A stretch of 64,000 nt of DNA from Candidatus Poribacteria bacterium. Lineage in GTDB: Bacteria > Poribacteria > WGA-4E > PCPOR2b. Shown piece after piece: positions 17,241 to 27,467 of the stretch. The translations under genes and the position numbers were made by a program. Each line of letters starts with the position of its first letter. Within the stretch, counting starts at the first letter, position 1. The stretch is from contig OZ240245.1 of the NCBI GenBank assembly GCA_965198175.1, forward strand, positions 2,015,278 through 2,079,277. The letters run 5' to 3'. Under the pieces are notes generated by a model. The model saw nothing but the letters and a program-made list of their open reading frames with translations. It had not been told where the DNA came from and made no database searches.

Positions 17241-18150
17241 TCGGGATCGCCTCCGGGGGAAAAGTGATTCACAAGGAAACTTCCTTCAACTGCCATCCCT
17301 CCGATTTCAACTAAATCTGGTCTATCCCAGCCATCGGCACCGAGGAACGTTGCTAGAATGCTGAAATCGGCGGACTTTGCCTGCTTAACTGCCACCGGGA
17401 ATTCGGAACCCAAGCCGGCGAGAAAGACAACATCAACCGCAGGATCAACTGCGGCAATTGGTGTCAGTTGCTCGGTAAAATCTGTTGCGCCCGTGACGTA
17501 AAATTGTTGAATTGTAATTGTGCCGCCTTGCGCAGAAAAATGTTTAAATAAAAGCCTTCGAAACTCCCTCCGAGTAAGCATCACCTATTTCTGTGAGCAC
17601 TGCCGCCGTCGATGCCCCCAACTGTTGCGTAGCGAATCTAGCTACCACCCCCGCCTGAAACGGATCGGTGTAGGCACCCATGAACGAAAAATTTACCGGG
17701 CCGGTAACTTTAGGATTTGTTGGATAGGTTGTAACCATCGGAACGCCGTGCTGTAAAGCAACCTTGCCCACCACCACACCTTCTTCATCGTAGTCGGGAC
17801 CAACGATTGCGGATACGCCCGCAGCAATCAGTTCTTCTGCGTGTTGGGCGCTGAGTGAAGGATTCCTTTTGTCATTTCGAACGAGGGGTTCTATCGGTAT
17901 GCCGCTTATGCCTCCGGTTTCATTTGCAAGGGCGACAGCCAACTCGGCACCATTCCGAGTCGTGCCTGGATCAGGCGGACTATAGCGGACTATAAATGAA
18001 ACCTATTTTGACTGTTACTGCGCTGTCAAGTGTTTCCGAATCTGCTGAAGCAGTGAACTGTTGAATCAGCTCGCCCCCTAAAATGAAAATGCCCATTAAG
18101 AAAAATGAGGCAATGCACCTGAACGTTGTTCTGTGCTGTTGAAACATCAT
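17241..18150 (-). pseudogene. branched-chain amino acid ABC transporter substrate-binding protein (LivJ-like) pseudogene
   Basis: Signal-peptide start ATG 18150; 10-bp tandem duplication GCGGACTATA (17975-17994) and a +1 T near 17547 break the frame; 3' end truncated at SPGGDPE by the duplicated block. Confidence 0.85.
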
Positions 18151-18334
18151 AAGGATTTCCTACTCATTTGATGTAACCTCTAGAAACTGTGATTGAACCT
18201 TAGTATACCAGAGTATACCAGAAAACGCAGCCGATTCCAAGCGGGTCGAATTGCTGTACCTGTTCCCCGGATGTGAGCCAATTCATTTTCGTCAGTGGTG
18301 CACTTGATGCGAACGCGATTCCATACAGACCCTG

Positions 18335-18658
18335 TTAATCTTCGATGAAAGAGGTTGTTCGAGATTTAACAACCTTATAGACAGTTTCGCCAGGTTTGAT
18401 AAAACCAAATTGTCGTACGAGACGCTCTTGGTTGAGTTCGTCGCTCTTGAGTTTTTCTGCCCTCAATTTCAGGCGATCCCGTTTCTGCTCAAGTTCCCCT
18501 AATTTCTCCAGATAGTCCTGCTTAACCTGACGCGCTTTTTGCCAATTCTGAAATTCTTCGACGAATCGATATGAACTGATAAGTAACACAGGAAGTGTAA
18601 CTATGAACAGCCAAGATTGAAGAAATCGCATGATGTCCCTTCCATTAATGCTTAACAC
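18335..18658 (-). CDS. septum formation initiator family protein (FtsB/DivIC-like)
   Basis: TM helix, coiled coil and RQFGFIKPGETVY motif. Confidence 0.8.
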   Translation of the reverse strand: MLSINGRDIMRFLQSWLFIVTLPVLLISSYRFVEEFQNWQKARQVKQDYLEKLGELEQKRDRLKLRAEKLKSDELNQERLVRQFGFIKPGETVYKVVKSRTTSFIED

Positions 18659-18703
18659 ACATGCTTGTATCCCGCGAAATTAGGGAACATTTTATGTTGG
18701 TTA

Positions 18704-19501
18704 TTACTGAGAACCTGAACCCCAGAGTTCACGATTATCGGTTAAAATCTCCGGACCATCGGAAAGGATTGCGACAGTATGTTCAAAGAGAGCGGATAGG
18801 CGACGATCCGCCGTGACGGCAGTCCAGCCATCTTCGAGCGTTACTGCTTCGTGTGTGCCTGCGTTGGTCATGGCTTCTATGGCAAGGACTGTACCAGGTC
18901 TTAATCGAATGCCTCTACCGGGCTCCCCGTAATTAGGGATTTGAGGTTCCTCGTGTAGATTGCGCCCAATTCCATGACCAACAAAATCCCGAACAGCTGA
19001 GAATCCGTGCGCTTCGACATGGGTTTGCAACGCGGAACAAGCGTCGCCGAGTCGACTGCCCGGCTTTGCAGCATCAATCGCTTTATAGAGCGCGTCTTTG
19101 GTCACGTCAAGTAGACTATGCGCTTCAGGCGAAATATCTCCGACAGGAAAAGTGAAGGCATTATCCCCATGAAATCCTCCGAGAAAGATTGCCGTGTCAA
19201 TGCCAATGATGTCACCCTCTTTTAGTAAACAGTCTTTACTTGGAATGCCGTGAACAATCTCCTCGTTAATTGAAACGCAGATAGTTGCTGGATAGGGCGG
19301 ATGATTCGGGAGCTGATACCCTAAGAAGGATGAAATACCGCCAATTTCCTTAATCGCTTCTCGCGATATTTGATCTAATTCGTAGGTTGAAATACCGGGT
19401 CTTACAGCCTCTCCAATTCTCTGAAGTACAATCGATGCCGCTTTACCACTGCGGCGCATTGTCTCGATTTCAGATTGCGACTTGATTCTGACCTTTCTCA
19501 T
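18704..19501 (-). CDS. map: methionine aminopeptidase type I
   Basis: CVSINEEIVHGIP, GFHGDNA, FVGHGIG, HEEPQ, AIEAM and FEHTV metal-binding motifs. Confidence 0.95.
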   Translation of the reverse strand: MRKVRIKSQSEIETMRRSGKAASIVLQRIGEAVRPGISTYELDQISREAIKEIGGISSFLGYQLPNHPPYPATICVSINEEIVHGIPSKDCLLKEGDIIGIDTAIFLGGFHGDNAFTFPVGDISPEAHSLLDVTKDALYKAIDAAKPGSRLGDACSALQTHVEAHGFSAVRDFVGHGIGRNLHEEPQIPNYGEPGRGIRLRPGTVLAIEAMTNAGTHEAVTLEDGWTAVTADRRLSALFEHTVAILSDGPEILTDNRELWGSGSQ

Positions 19502-19705
19502 TTGACGCTTTTCCTAACGTGGAATTCACGATTGACAATTAACCCTCCGTGCAGTTAGCCTTCCACTGATTTGGGGCGTGGGGAATTGGCGTTTTGTCAC
19601 TCCAAAGATGTAACGATTGATACCCTTAAAGGGATTCAACCAGGGACTCGCTTTCACCGGCGATTGCCTTTATAACTTGCGTGATTTTTGGCTTTCTCAC
19701 TCCGA

Positions 19706-21094
19706 CTAAGCGACAATCTCCCCAAGTAACGTGTGCGCTGTCGCAGAATTGATATTCACCGGTACAAAATCGCCGAACGTTGAATTCCCTTTCGGAAACA
19801 CAATCGTCTTGAAGCTGTCGGTTTTACCGTGGTATTCTTCGGGGTTGCGGCGAGATTTTCCTTCGACCAGTACCTTCACTCTGTTGCCAACTAACTCCTG
19901 ATTGATTTCTTGAGAGATTTGCTCTTGCAGTTCAACAATTTTCCGCAAGCGCCGCCCCTTCTCGGCGTCGCTCACGTCGTCATCAAGTGTCTTGTAGGCA
20001 AGCGTTCCTTCACGAGGTGAGTATTTGAACATAAATGCGGAATCGTATCGGATTTGAGCCATGAGGTGATAGGTTTCCATGAAATCGTGCTCAGTCTCGC
20101 CGCAGAAGCCGACGATAATATCCGTTGAAATTGCCAGATTCGGAATGCGCTCCCGCATTTTCGCTACAAGCTCACGATACGCTTCCGCCGTGTATGTGCG
20201 CCGCATCGTCTTAAGCACCTTCGTCGAACCGGATTGGAGCGGTAGATGGATCTGCTTACAGACCTTATCGCCGGCTGCAATTGCTTCGATCATTGTGTCT
20301 GTCGCATCGCTTGGATGCGGCGACGTAAAACGTATCCGTTTGATGCCTTCCACATCGTTAATTGCAAAGAGCAAATCGGCGAAATCGTGGGTCGCATCGT
20401 GATAAGAGTTCACCGTCTGACCGAGGAGGACAACTTCTTTAAACCCTTCATCAACTAACCTCTTGACCTCATTGACCAGAAGTTTTACAGGAACACTCCG
20501 CTCACGACCACGCACGAAAGGCACGATACAGAAGGTACACATCTTGTCACAGCCTCGTTGGATGGTTAACCACGCTCGTATCCCATCCTTGCGAATAGGC
20601 GCGACATCGGCATAGTCTTCGTCTTGGTCCAGCTTCAAATTCACGAACGCATCACCAGTTGTCACTGAGCGGAGCGCCATGGGAAGGCTGCGGTAGGCAT
20701 CAGGGCCTAGCACCAGATCTAAGAATGGTGCGGCGTCAAGTATTTTTTCCCGCGCGTGCTGCGCCATACAACCGCAGACGCCCAGAACAAGATTGGGATG
20801 TACTCGTTTCCGATAATTGAGTTGTTTGAGACGATTGAGCACCTTCGTTTCAGCATTTTCACGGATGGCACACGTATTCAGGAGCACTACGTCAGCGTCC
20901 TCTAACTCATTCACAGTTTCGTAGCCGTTTCGGACCAAAATACCCGCCAGCAACTCGCTGTCACTCACATTCATCTGACACCCATACGTTTCAATATAGA
21001 CGCGTTGTGGGGTCGGTCGCTGAACTTCGGATTCAAATGTTGGCGCCGCCTTGTATAATGGCAGTCGGGTTTTAATTGGAATTTTCGAGTTCAC
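19706..21094 (-). CDS. miaB: tRNA (N6-isopentenyl adenosine(37)-C2)-methylthiotransferase
   Basis: TYGCQMN, LNTCAIRE, GCDKMCTFCIVP radical SAM motif, C-terminal TRAM domain. Confidence 0.93.
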   Translation of the reverse strand: MNSKIPIKTRLPLYKAAPTFESEVQRPTPQRVYIETYGCQMNVSDSELLAGILVRNGYETVNELEDADVVLLNTCAIRENAETKVLNRLKQLNYRKRVHPNLVLGVCGCMAQHAREKILDAAPFLDLVLGPDAYRSLPMALRSVTTGDAFVNLKLDQDEDYADVAPIRKDGIRAWLTIQRGCDKMCTFCIVPFVRGRERSVPVKLLVNEVKRLVDEGFKEVVLLGQTVNSYHDATHDFADLLFAINDVEGIKRIRFTSPHPSDATDTMIEAIAAGDKVCKQIHLPLQSGSTKVLKTMRRTYTAEAYRELVAKMRERIPNLAISTDIIVGFCGETEHDFMETYHLMAQIRYDSAFMFKYSPREGTLAYKTLDDDVSDAEKGRRLRKIVELQEQISQEINQELVGNRVKVLVEGKSRRNPEEYHGKTDSFKTIVFPKGNSTFGDFVPVNINSATAHTLLGEIVA

Positions 21095-21216
21095 TGTTTT
21101 CTCCTGCTCTACATGATCCGAATCGTGCGCTTTTATGTATCGTTGGCTTCAATCCGCTTTCTGGGCTACATAAATCGGTTGGGAATGCACTGCCTAACGC
21201 CATCTCACTGATTGAT

Positions 21217-21246
21217 ATTATACCCCCCCTAGTAGATATGACGCAA
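21217..21246 (-). promoter_or_regulatory. putative sigma70 promoter of miaB
   Basis: TTGCGT-18 bp-TATAAT. Confidence 0.5.
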
Positions 21247-21325
21247 GCGAATTCACGAGTTTTTCACGTCGGATTTAACCGTCGCAGCATAAAATCAGAA
21301 GAGAGTATAGATGTGGAAAAGAAAT

Positions 21326-21353
21326 TTGCAAATACTGCATTTTGGTGTATAAT
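21326..21353 (+). promoter_or_regulatory. putative sigma70 promoter, divergent from miaB
   Basis: TTGCAA-16 bp-TATAAT. Confidence 0.5.
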
Positions 21354-21515
21354 ATCCGTTCAAAACATGCTCTTTCTTGCCACAACATTCCTTCCTTGCA
21401 GAGCTAACCGTGTATTTTCTGCAACTTACCTCCAAAGATTGTTGAGTGGAGATACACTTCATATCAATGGGCTGTAGCCTGTTGTGTCGAACTAATGACG
21501 GGTTTTTAGGAGAGA

Positions 21516-22571
21516 TTGATGCCAAATTTTACGCCAGAACAGTTGAACCAGATAGCCACCGACATTTTTGAGTCAGCGTCGGTGCCGTCTGAAGAGGCAC
21601 AGATTATCAGTGAGATGCTTGTTGACGCGAACCTTGTGGGACACGACTCGCACGGCGTTATTCGTATTCCGTCCTACATCCAACGCCTCAAGGATGGAAA
21701 TATCCAGCCTGGCGCACCGATAGATATTGAACGCGAGTCTCCATCACATGCTGTGATTAACGGCAACTGGGGGTTCGGACAAGTTATCGGTAAAAAGGCG
21801 ATGTTGCTGGCAATTCGTAAAGCGAGATCGAGTGTTGTGAGTGCCGTAAGTATTAACAACTGCAACCATATCGGACGGCTGGGCAGCTATACCATGATGG
21901 CAGCGGAACAGGGATTGATTGGAATAACAATGGTGAATGCCGGCGGTGCAGCGCTATCGGTCGCTCCGTTTGGCGGCATTGATAGACGACTCGGAACAAA
22001 CCCAATTTCTGTTGGAGTGCCGGCTGACGATGCGGGCCCGATTGTTCTGGATATCACAAGCAGTGTTGTCGCACACGGAAAGATAGAGGTCGCTATTAAC
22101 CGCTGTGACTCTGTGCCTCTTGGCTGGCTGATTGACAGCAAAGGAGAACCAACTACCAATCCACACGACCTTGATGGCTCGCCCCTTGGTTCGATATTGC
22201 CGCTCGGCGGACCGGCAGGACACAAAGGCTTTGGGCTAGGTTTAATAATTGACGTGTTAGCTGGTACACTGTCCGGCAGCGGCTGCAGCGGTTCCGACAA
22301 CTCACGAGTCTGCAACGCCACGTTGATGATTGTCATCGACATCGCGCGTTTTATCCCACTTGAAGATTACCACCGTCATATTGATAAACTTGTGACGTTC
22401 ATGAAATGTTCGCCACCAGCCCCTGGCTTTGATGAAATTTTGATGCCTGGTGAAATCGAGTCGCGTCAAAAGCGGCATCGTTTAAGTGAAGGAATACCAG
22501 TCGATGATGAAACATGGCGGCAGATTCAGGAAACAGCAGCCAATGTCGGCATTTCGGAGCTTATTTTTTGA
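21516..22571 (+). CDS. Ldh_2 family oxidoreductase (malate/L-lactate/ureidoglycolate dehydrogenase-like)
   Basis: GHDSHGV, NHIGRLG, GTNPIS and GHKGFGL motifs. Confidence 0.9.
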   Translation: MMPNFTPEQLNQIATDIFESASVPSEEAQIISEMLVDANLVGHDSHGVIRIPSYIQRLKDGNIQPGAPIDIERESPSHAVINGNWGFGQVIGKKAMLLAIRKARSSVVSAVSINNCNHIGRLGSYTMMAAEQGLIGITMVNAGGAALSVAPFGGIDRRLGTNPISVGVPADDAGPIVLDITSSVVAHGKIEVAINRCDSVPLGWLIDSKGEPTTNPHDLDGSPLGSILPLGGPAGHKGFGLGLIIDVLAGTLSGSGCSGSDNSRVCNATLMIVIDIARFIPLEDYHRHIDKLVTFMKCSPPAPGFDEILMPGEIESRQKRHRLSEGIPVDDETWRQIQETAANVGISELIF

Positions 22572-22723
22572 TTTATACAGTACGGTAGTAGTATTTCATT
22601 ATGAGGATAATAATCGAGCCTTTATCAATTTTGTTTTCCTCACCGCGATCTGGATTACGGTCAAAAATCAGATATTGTATCAAGAATTGCATTGACTGAA
22701 ATACCCCAGTAAAGCATACGAAC

Positions 22724-23620
22724 ATGGAAAAGCAGGGCACATTTAAATCGGGATACGTCAGCATCATCGGTGAGCCAAACGTTGGGAAATCAACGCTATT
22801 GAACGCGATGATGGAAGAAAAATTAGCCATTGTCACTCCCAAGCCGCAGACGACCCGTAACCAAATCACAGGCATTGTCACCACGGATGAATATCAGATC
22901 GTTTTTCTGGATACTCCCGGCGTGCTTAAGCCCAAATACCGCCTGCACAACCGGATGTTGAAAGTCGCGTACAGCGCACTCAAAGACGCAGATCTTATCC
23001 TGTACATGATTGATGTAAACCACCTAGCTACCCAGGTTGAGGAACAGATTTTTGCAGCGATTAGGAAAGATGGACAGAAAGCGATTCTCGTCATTAACAA
23101 GGCAGATTTGGTGCCAAAGTTAGCCATCTTGCCAATCATCGCAAAGTACAAAGAGGAACCTTTGTTTGTCGAGATTATTCCGATTTCCGCGAAAACCGGT
23201 GACGGAGTTAGCCAACTTCGGGAGCGTATCATTAAATATCTACCGGAAGGTCAGCTCTATTTCCCCGACGACCAAATAAGTGATTTGCCGGAGCGGTTCT
23301 TTGTTGCTGAAACAATTCGGGAAAAGATTTTCCTCAAAACCGAGCAAGAAATCCCTTATGCTTCAGGTGTCATCATCACAGAATTCAAACAGCGGATAAA
23401 CGGAACAATTTATATCAGTGCTACGGTTTATGTGGAGCGTCCTTCGCAAAAGCGAATATTAATTGGGAAAGGGGGAACAATGATTAAATTCATTGGACAA
23501 CTTGCCCGAACTGAAATTCAACAATTCTTGACTGCTTCTGTATTTCTGGATTTGCATGTGTCGGTCAAGGAAGACTGGCGACGAGATGAACAGAAACTAA
23601 AAGATATGGGATATGCGTGA
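22724..23620 (+). CDS. era: GTPase Era
   Basis: GEPNVGKST, PQTTR, DTPG, NKAD, QEIPY and KH domain (ILIGKGG). Confidence 0.95.
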   Translation: MEKQGTFKSGYVSIIGEPNVGKSTLLNAMMEEKLAIVTPKPQTTRNQITGIVTTDEYQIVFLDTPGVLKPKYRLHNRMLKVAYSALKDADLILYMIDVNHLATQVEEQIFAAIRKDGQKAILVINKADLVPKLAILPIIAKYKEEPLFVEIIPISAKTGDGVSQLRERIIKYLPEGQLYFPDDQISDLPERFFVAETIREKIFLKTEQEIPYASGVIITEFKQRINGTIYISATVYVERPSQKRILIGKGGTMIKFIGQLARTEIQQFLTASVFLDLHVSVKEDWRRDEQKLKDMGYA

Positions 23621-23803
23621 AAAATATATTCTTATTTCGTTTCAGCGAGATTACGGAATATCGTGTTTTCTTTTTTGGATACCCCCAATATGTTGAAATC
23701 GGCAGTGAAAAATGAGCGCAAAAAACGCTTGATCTCTTTTTGATTTTTTGATAGACTATCATCCAATCGGGTCCCCTCATTCTTTTGTACTTTTATGAAT
23801 TAA

Positions 23804-25009
23804 TTGTCCCGGAATAATCAGCATATTGTAAGATATATTCAATCTCCAATTCCAAGGAAGACAGTAATGACTTTGAATGGAGTTAGCGACGATACCTCCA
23901 CCCCATCCGACTTATCTGCAGAGCATCAGTCTTCCGAGTTGCCAGCAGTTGCGCCAACTTCAGTCCCTCGTACACCTCAAAATTCAGGATTGAATCTCGC
24001 CTTAACCTTTGATCGATTTGTGGTAGGAGAAAGTAATAAAAAGGCTTGTGAAGCGGCGATAGCCGTGAGCAATCAAGCAATGCACGTAGACAAGTTAATT
24101 GTTCATGGCGGTGTAGGGCTCGGCAAGACGCACTTGTTACATGCAATTGGGAACCAATTTCATCAAAAAAATCTGAATCACACAACGTATTGCCCATCTG
24201 CTGAGAAATTCATGGGTGAATGGATTCAATCAATTGCAAATCCCCAGAAATCAAATGCCTTACGGCAGCGGTATCACACCATTGATTTGTTATTGATTGA
24301 CGACATTCACTTTTTATCCAAGAATACGAAAGTTCAAGAGGAATTTGTTCACCTGCTCAACCACTTGAGTAGGCAAAACCAGCGCATTGTATGTACGTGC
24401 GATCGCCTACCTCAGTTTCTCAAAGACTTTCTGGCGTCTTCGAATGTCCTCAAGAATGGCTTAATCGTTGAAATTTCTCCGCCTGAGTTTGAATTGCGGG
24501 TTTCTATCCTAAAGCGGAAGTTACGGGAACGGAATTTCGGACCTGTACCCTTGAGGGTGCTTAATTATCTTGCGAAACATCTGACACAACACGTCCGCCA
24601 GCTCGAAGGGGTTTTAAACCGTCTTATGGCGGAAGTCCGTTTGGGGTCGAATTTAAATCTTGAAATTGCGCGCCGCGTTGTAGAGAAGCGGTCAAACTTG
24701 AATCTTTCAGGCACAATCACGCTTGAAACAATTCAAGAGGCAGTCGCTCGATATTTCCATCTTACCTTATCGGACTTATGCTCTCGAAAGCGTGGACGAC
24801 GGTTTGTGCTGCCGCGGCAAGTGGGGATGTATCTTACTCGCGAGTTAACCGCGCTTTCTCTATCACAAATCAGCCAGGGTTTTGGTCAAAGCCACCATAC
24901 AATCGTTGTCAGGAGCTATCAACGAATCGAATCACTTCTCAAGGTGGATCTGGTTCTTAGCCAGTCCATTGAAACCTTGAAAACAGAGCTGACACAACCC
25001 CAAAAATGA
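23804..25009 (+). CDS. atypical DnaA paralogue (AAA+ domain III and domain IV, no domain I)
   Basis: TFDRFVVG, GGVGLGKTHLL, LLIDDIHF, QEEF, VRQLEG and PRQVGMYL; lacks RLxSR and GGRDHTTV. Confidence 0.85.
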   Translation: MSRNNQHIVRYIQSPIPRKTVMTLNGVSDDTSTPSDLSAEHQSSELPAVAPTSVPRTPQNSGLNLALTFDRFVVGESNKKACEAAIAVSNQAMHVDKLIVHGGVGLGKTHLLHAIGNQFHQKNLNHTTYCPSAEKFMGEWIQSIANPQKSNALRQRYHTIDLLLIDDIHFLSKNTKVQEEFVHLLNHLSRQNQRIVCTCDRLPQFLKDFLASSNVLKNGLIVEISPPEFELRVSILKRKLRERNFGPVPLRVLNYLAKHLTQHVRQLEGVLNRLMAEVRLGSNLNLEIARRVVEKRSNLNLSGTITLETIQEAVARYFHLTLSDLCSRKRGRRFVLPRQVGMYLTRELTALSLSQISQGFGQSHHTIVVRSYQRIESLLKVDLVLSQSIETLKTELTQPQK

Positions 25010-25136
25010 ACATATCCGTACCCCTTGATTTAATAATTGAGACTGTGGCAAGACACACTTCCCGAGTGAGTTAACGATTGCCGATAAAATCGCCGATTGT
25101 CTCTTTTTTCCCTCCTATCTTACTTCTCGGATCAAC

Positions 25137-25163
25137 GGGGGCAGGTTTGAAACCTGCCCCTAC
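25137..25163. repeat. REP-like palindrome
   Basis: GGGGCAGGTTT-G-AAACCTGCCCC followed by TAC (end complementary to GTAG). Confidence 0.65.
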
Positions 25164-25181
25164 TTTTATGATTATCAACGA

Positions 25182-25211
25182 TTGACATCTTAATGCGATT
25201 TGGTGTATCAT
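25182..25211 (+). promoter_or_regulatory. putative sigma70 promoter
   Basis: TTGACA-18 bp-TATCAT upstream of the NUDIX gene. Confidence 0.55.
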
Positions 25212-25285
25212 TAGCCCGTTACCGAGTCGTACGCGAAGATTTCTTCACACCTTCGAATTTTACAGTTACGGGGTGGAATTGAACG

Positions 25286-25822
25286 ATGAACACGGGGGCG
25301 CATACTTCTCATACCACAGTCCACTCCAAATCAAAGGCAAAATATTGTCTGAAATGCGCAGGTCAACTCGAAGACCGCATCAGTGAAGAAAAAGTGCGCC
25401 AAGCATGCACGAAATGTGACTTTGTCTTCTATGAAGACCCGAAGCCTGTCGCCGGAGTCCTTGCCCTGAAAGATGGAAAATTGTTACTGATACAACGTGG
25501 AAACGAACCCAAACGTGGTCTCTGGAGTTTTCCAACGGGTTACATTGATGTTGGCGATACACCGGAAGAAACAGCAATCCGAGAGGCAAAGGAAGAGGCA
25601 AACGTTGATGTACAACTCAATCGCTTACTAGGGGTTTACTCCGATATCCGTCGCACGGTCGTTCTTATAATTTATACCGGCACAATTGCTTCGGGCAACC
25701 CGGCTGTCGGAGCGGAGGCATTGGACGCACGATTATTCAATCTTCAAGCGTTGCCTAAACTGGCATTTGATCACGATTACCATGTCTTGGCAGATCTGTT
25801 GTCAGAAAAGACCGAAGGCTGA
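25286..25822 (+). CDS. NUDIX hydrolase with N-terminal zinc ribbon
   Basis: CLKC...CTKC and Nudix box GYIDVGDTPEETAIREAKEEANV. Confidence 0.9.
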   Translation: MNTGAHTSHTTVHSKSKAKYCLKCAGQLEDRISEEKVRQACTKCDFVFYEDPKPVAGVLALKDGKLLLIQRGNEPKRGLWSFPTGYIDVGDTPEETAIREAKEEANVDVQLNRLLGVYSDIRRTVVLIIYTGTIASGNPAVGAEALDARLFNLQALPKLAFDHDYHVLADLLSEKTEG

Positions 25823-25951
25823 GAGAATGAGATGGCAGATGAGTTAGGCAGAGTAGGGGGAAAAACAGAAAGAAAAGGATGCCACTGTCGTTTATTTAGC
25901 TGGAACACGCGACACGGATTATCCCTCATATTCCACGCATAGGGAGGAAAC

Positions 25952-27313
25952 ATGTCACATACAATCCTGGAACGTTATCAGAAGGTTTTTTCAAAAGACC
26001 GAGAGCTCTCGCAACGAGCAAACCATACTTTTCCGGACGGTGTAACGCATGATAGCAGGCATGCGGATCCGTTCCCAGTTTACATTGATCATGCGCAGGG
26101 GTCGAAGAAGTGGGGAATTGGTGGAAAGGAGTTTATTGATTATTGGGCAGGACACGGTGCGCTCTTATTGGGACACAGTCATCCCAAAATTGTCCAAGCC
26201 GTAATGCATCAGACGCAACGGGGTACGCACTACGGCGCTTGTCATCCCCTTGAACTGGAGTGGGCAAGTTTAATAATGGAGTTGATACCGTCAGCAGAAC
26301 GTGTACGTTTCGTCAGTTCTGGAACAGAAGCGACCCTGATGGCGATTCGACTTGCTCGCACCTATACCGGCAAGAACAAGTTGTTGAAATTCGCGGGACA
26401 TTTCCACGGCTGGCACGATGCCGTAATTTTGGGGGCAAACCCACCGTATGAGGTGCCTGTTCCAGGAATTCCACAAGGCGTCATTGACACAACAGTGATT
26501 TGCCCGCCAAATGATATTGACGCTGTCGAAGGCTGTTTACGAAGCGATTCAGATATTGCTTGCGTCATTCTAGAGCCAACTGGAGGCTCCTTCGGTGCAA
26601 TTCCAACAAATGTGGAATTTCTTCAGCAATTACGAGAACTCACCCGCCATTTCGGCGTGCTGCTAATCTTCGACGAAGTGATTACCGGTTTTCGCGTTTC
26701 CCCGGGCGGTGCTCAAGAGTACTACCATATCACACCGGATTTGACAACACTCGCCAAGATTTTAGCCGGCGGATTGCCTGGCGGCGCTGTTGTTGGGAAG
26801 CGGGAGATTATCAATCTAATCTCTATCAAAGAAGAAAAAGTCGCGAATCGTGGCAAAAAAATGCCCCACCCGGGTACCTTTAACGCCAATCCGTTGTCTG
26901 CGTCGGCAGGTATCGCCACACTGAAAATCGTTCGAACAGGTGTTCCTCACAAGCAGGTTAACCACACGGCGGCGATGCTAAGGAGTCAGTTGAACGAGAT
27001 TATCGATCAACACCGTCTTGATTGGGCAGTTTACGGAGAGTTTTCAGAAATCAAGTTTCTCATCGGACACGGCGCTCGCGAGATGCGCACTGCGGATTTC
27101 AATCCCGATGAGTGGGATTATCGCGACCTTAAAGAGGGTGGCGACAAAGAATTACTCATTAACCTGCGATGTGGTCTGCTGCTCAACGGAATTGATATTT
27201 CTGAAGCGGGCGGCATGACAATGGCATCCCACACAGAATCAGATGTGCAAAAAACAAGGGCTGCGTTTAATCAGACCGTTGAATGGATGAAAGCAGATAG
27301 ACTTCTGCACTGA
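25952..27313 (+). CDS. class III aminotransferase, glutamate-1-semialdehyde aminomutase-like
   Basis: SSGTEAT, FHGWHD, IFDEVITGFR, PLP lysine in TTLAKILAGG, GTFNANP. Confidence 0.88.
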   Translation: MSHTILERYQKVFSKDRELSQRANHTFPDGVTHDSRHADPFPVYIDHAQGSKKWGIGGKEFIDYWAGHGALLLGHSHPKIVQAVMHQTQRGTHYGACHPLELEWASLIMELIPSAERVRFVSSGTEATLMAIRLARTYTGKNKLLKFAGHFHGWHDAVILGANPPYEVPVPGIPQGVIDTTVICPPNDIDAVEGCLRSDSDIACVILEPTGGSFGAIPTNVEFLQQLRELTRHFGVLLIFDEVITGFRVSPGGAQEYYHITPDLTTLAKILAGGLPGGAVVGKREIINLISIKEEKVANRGKKMPHPGTFNANPLSASAGIATLKIVRTGVPHKQVNHTAAMLRSQLNEIIDQHRLDWAVYGEFSEIKFLIGHGAREMRTADFNPDEWDYRDLKEGGDKELLINLRCGLLLNGIDISEAGGMTMASHTESDVQKTRAAFNQTVEWMKADRLLH

Positions 27314-27467
27314 GTTCGCGGGATGAACTTGGGCTAATTACTTGCGTCTGTTTCTGGTTTACCTCCGCCAGATTTGAGCCAATATACAGAATATGCCGCA
27401 GCATCGCTCGGCGACAATTCTGTGAATGCGAAATGATGTCGACCGACACAGCAATTAGGAGATTTAG

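Noticed and set aside
16817-17584. 255-aa minus-strand ORF as a real gene
   Set aside because: Chimera: the N-terminal part is the LivJ-like pseudogene and the C-terminal part is antisense to the peroxiredoxin.
23620-25285. Replication origin beside the dnaA-like gene
   Set aside because: No TTATCCACA-type cluster in either flank and no dnaN/gyrB context. The only perfect box I noticed (30065-30073) is isolated inside a CDS start.
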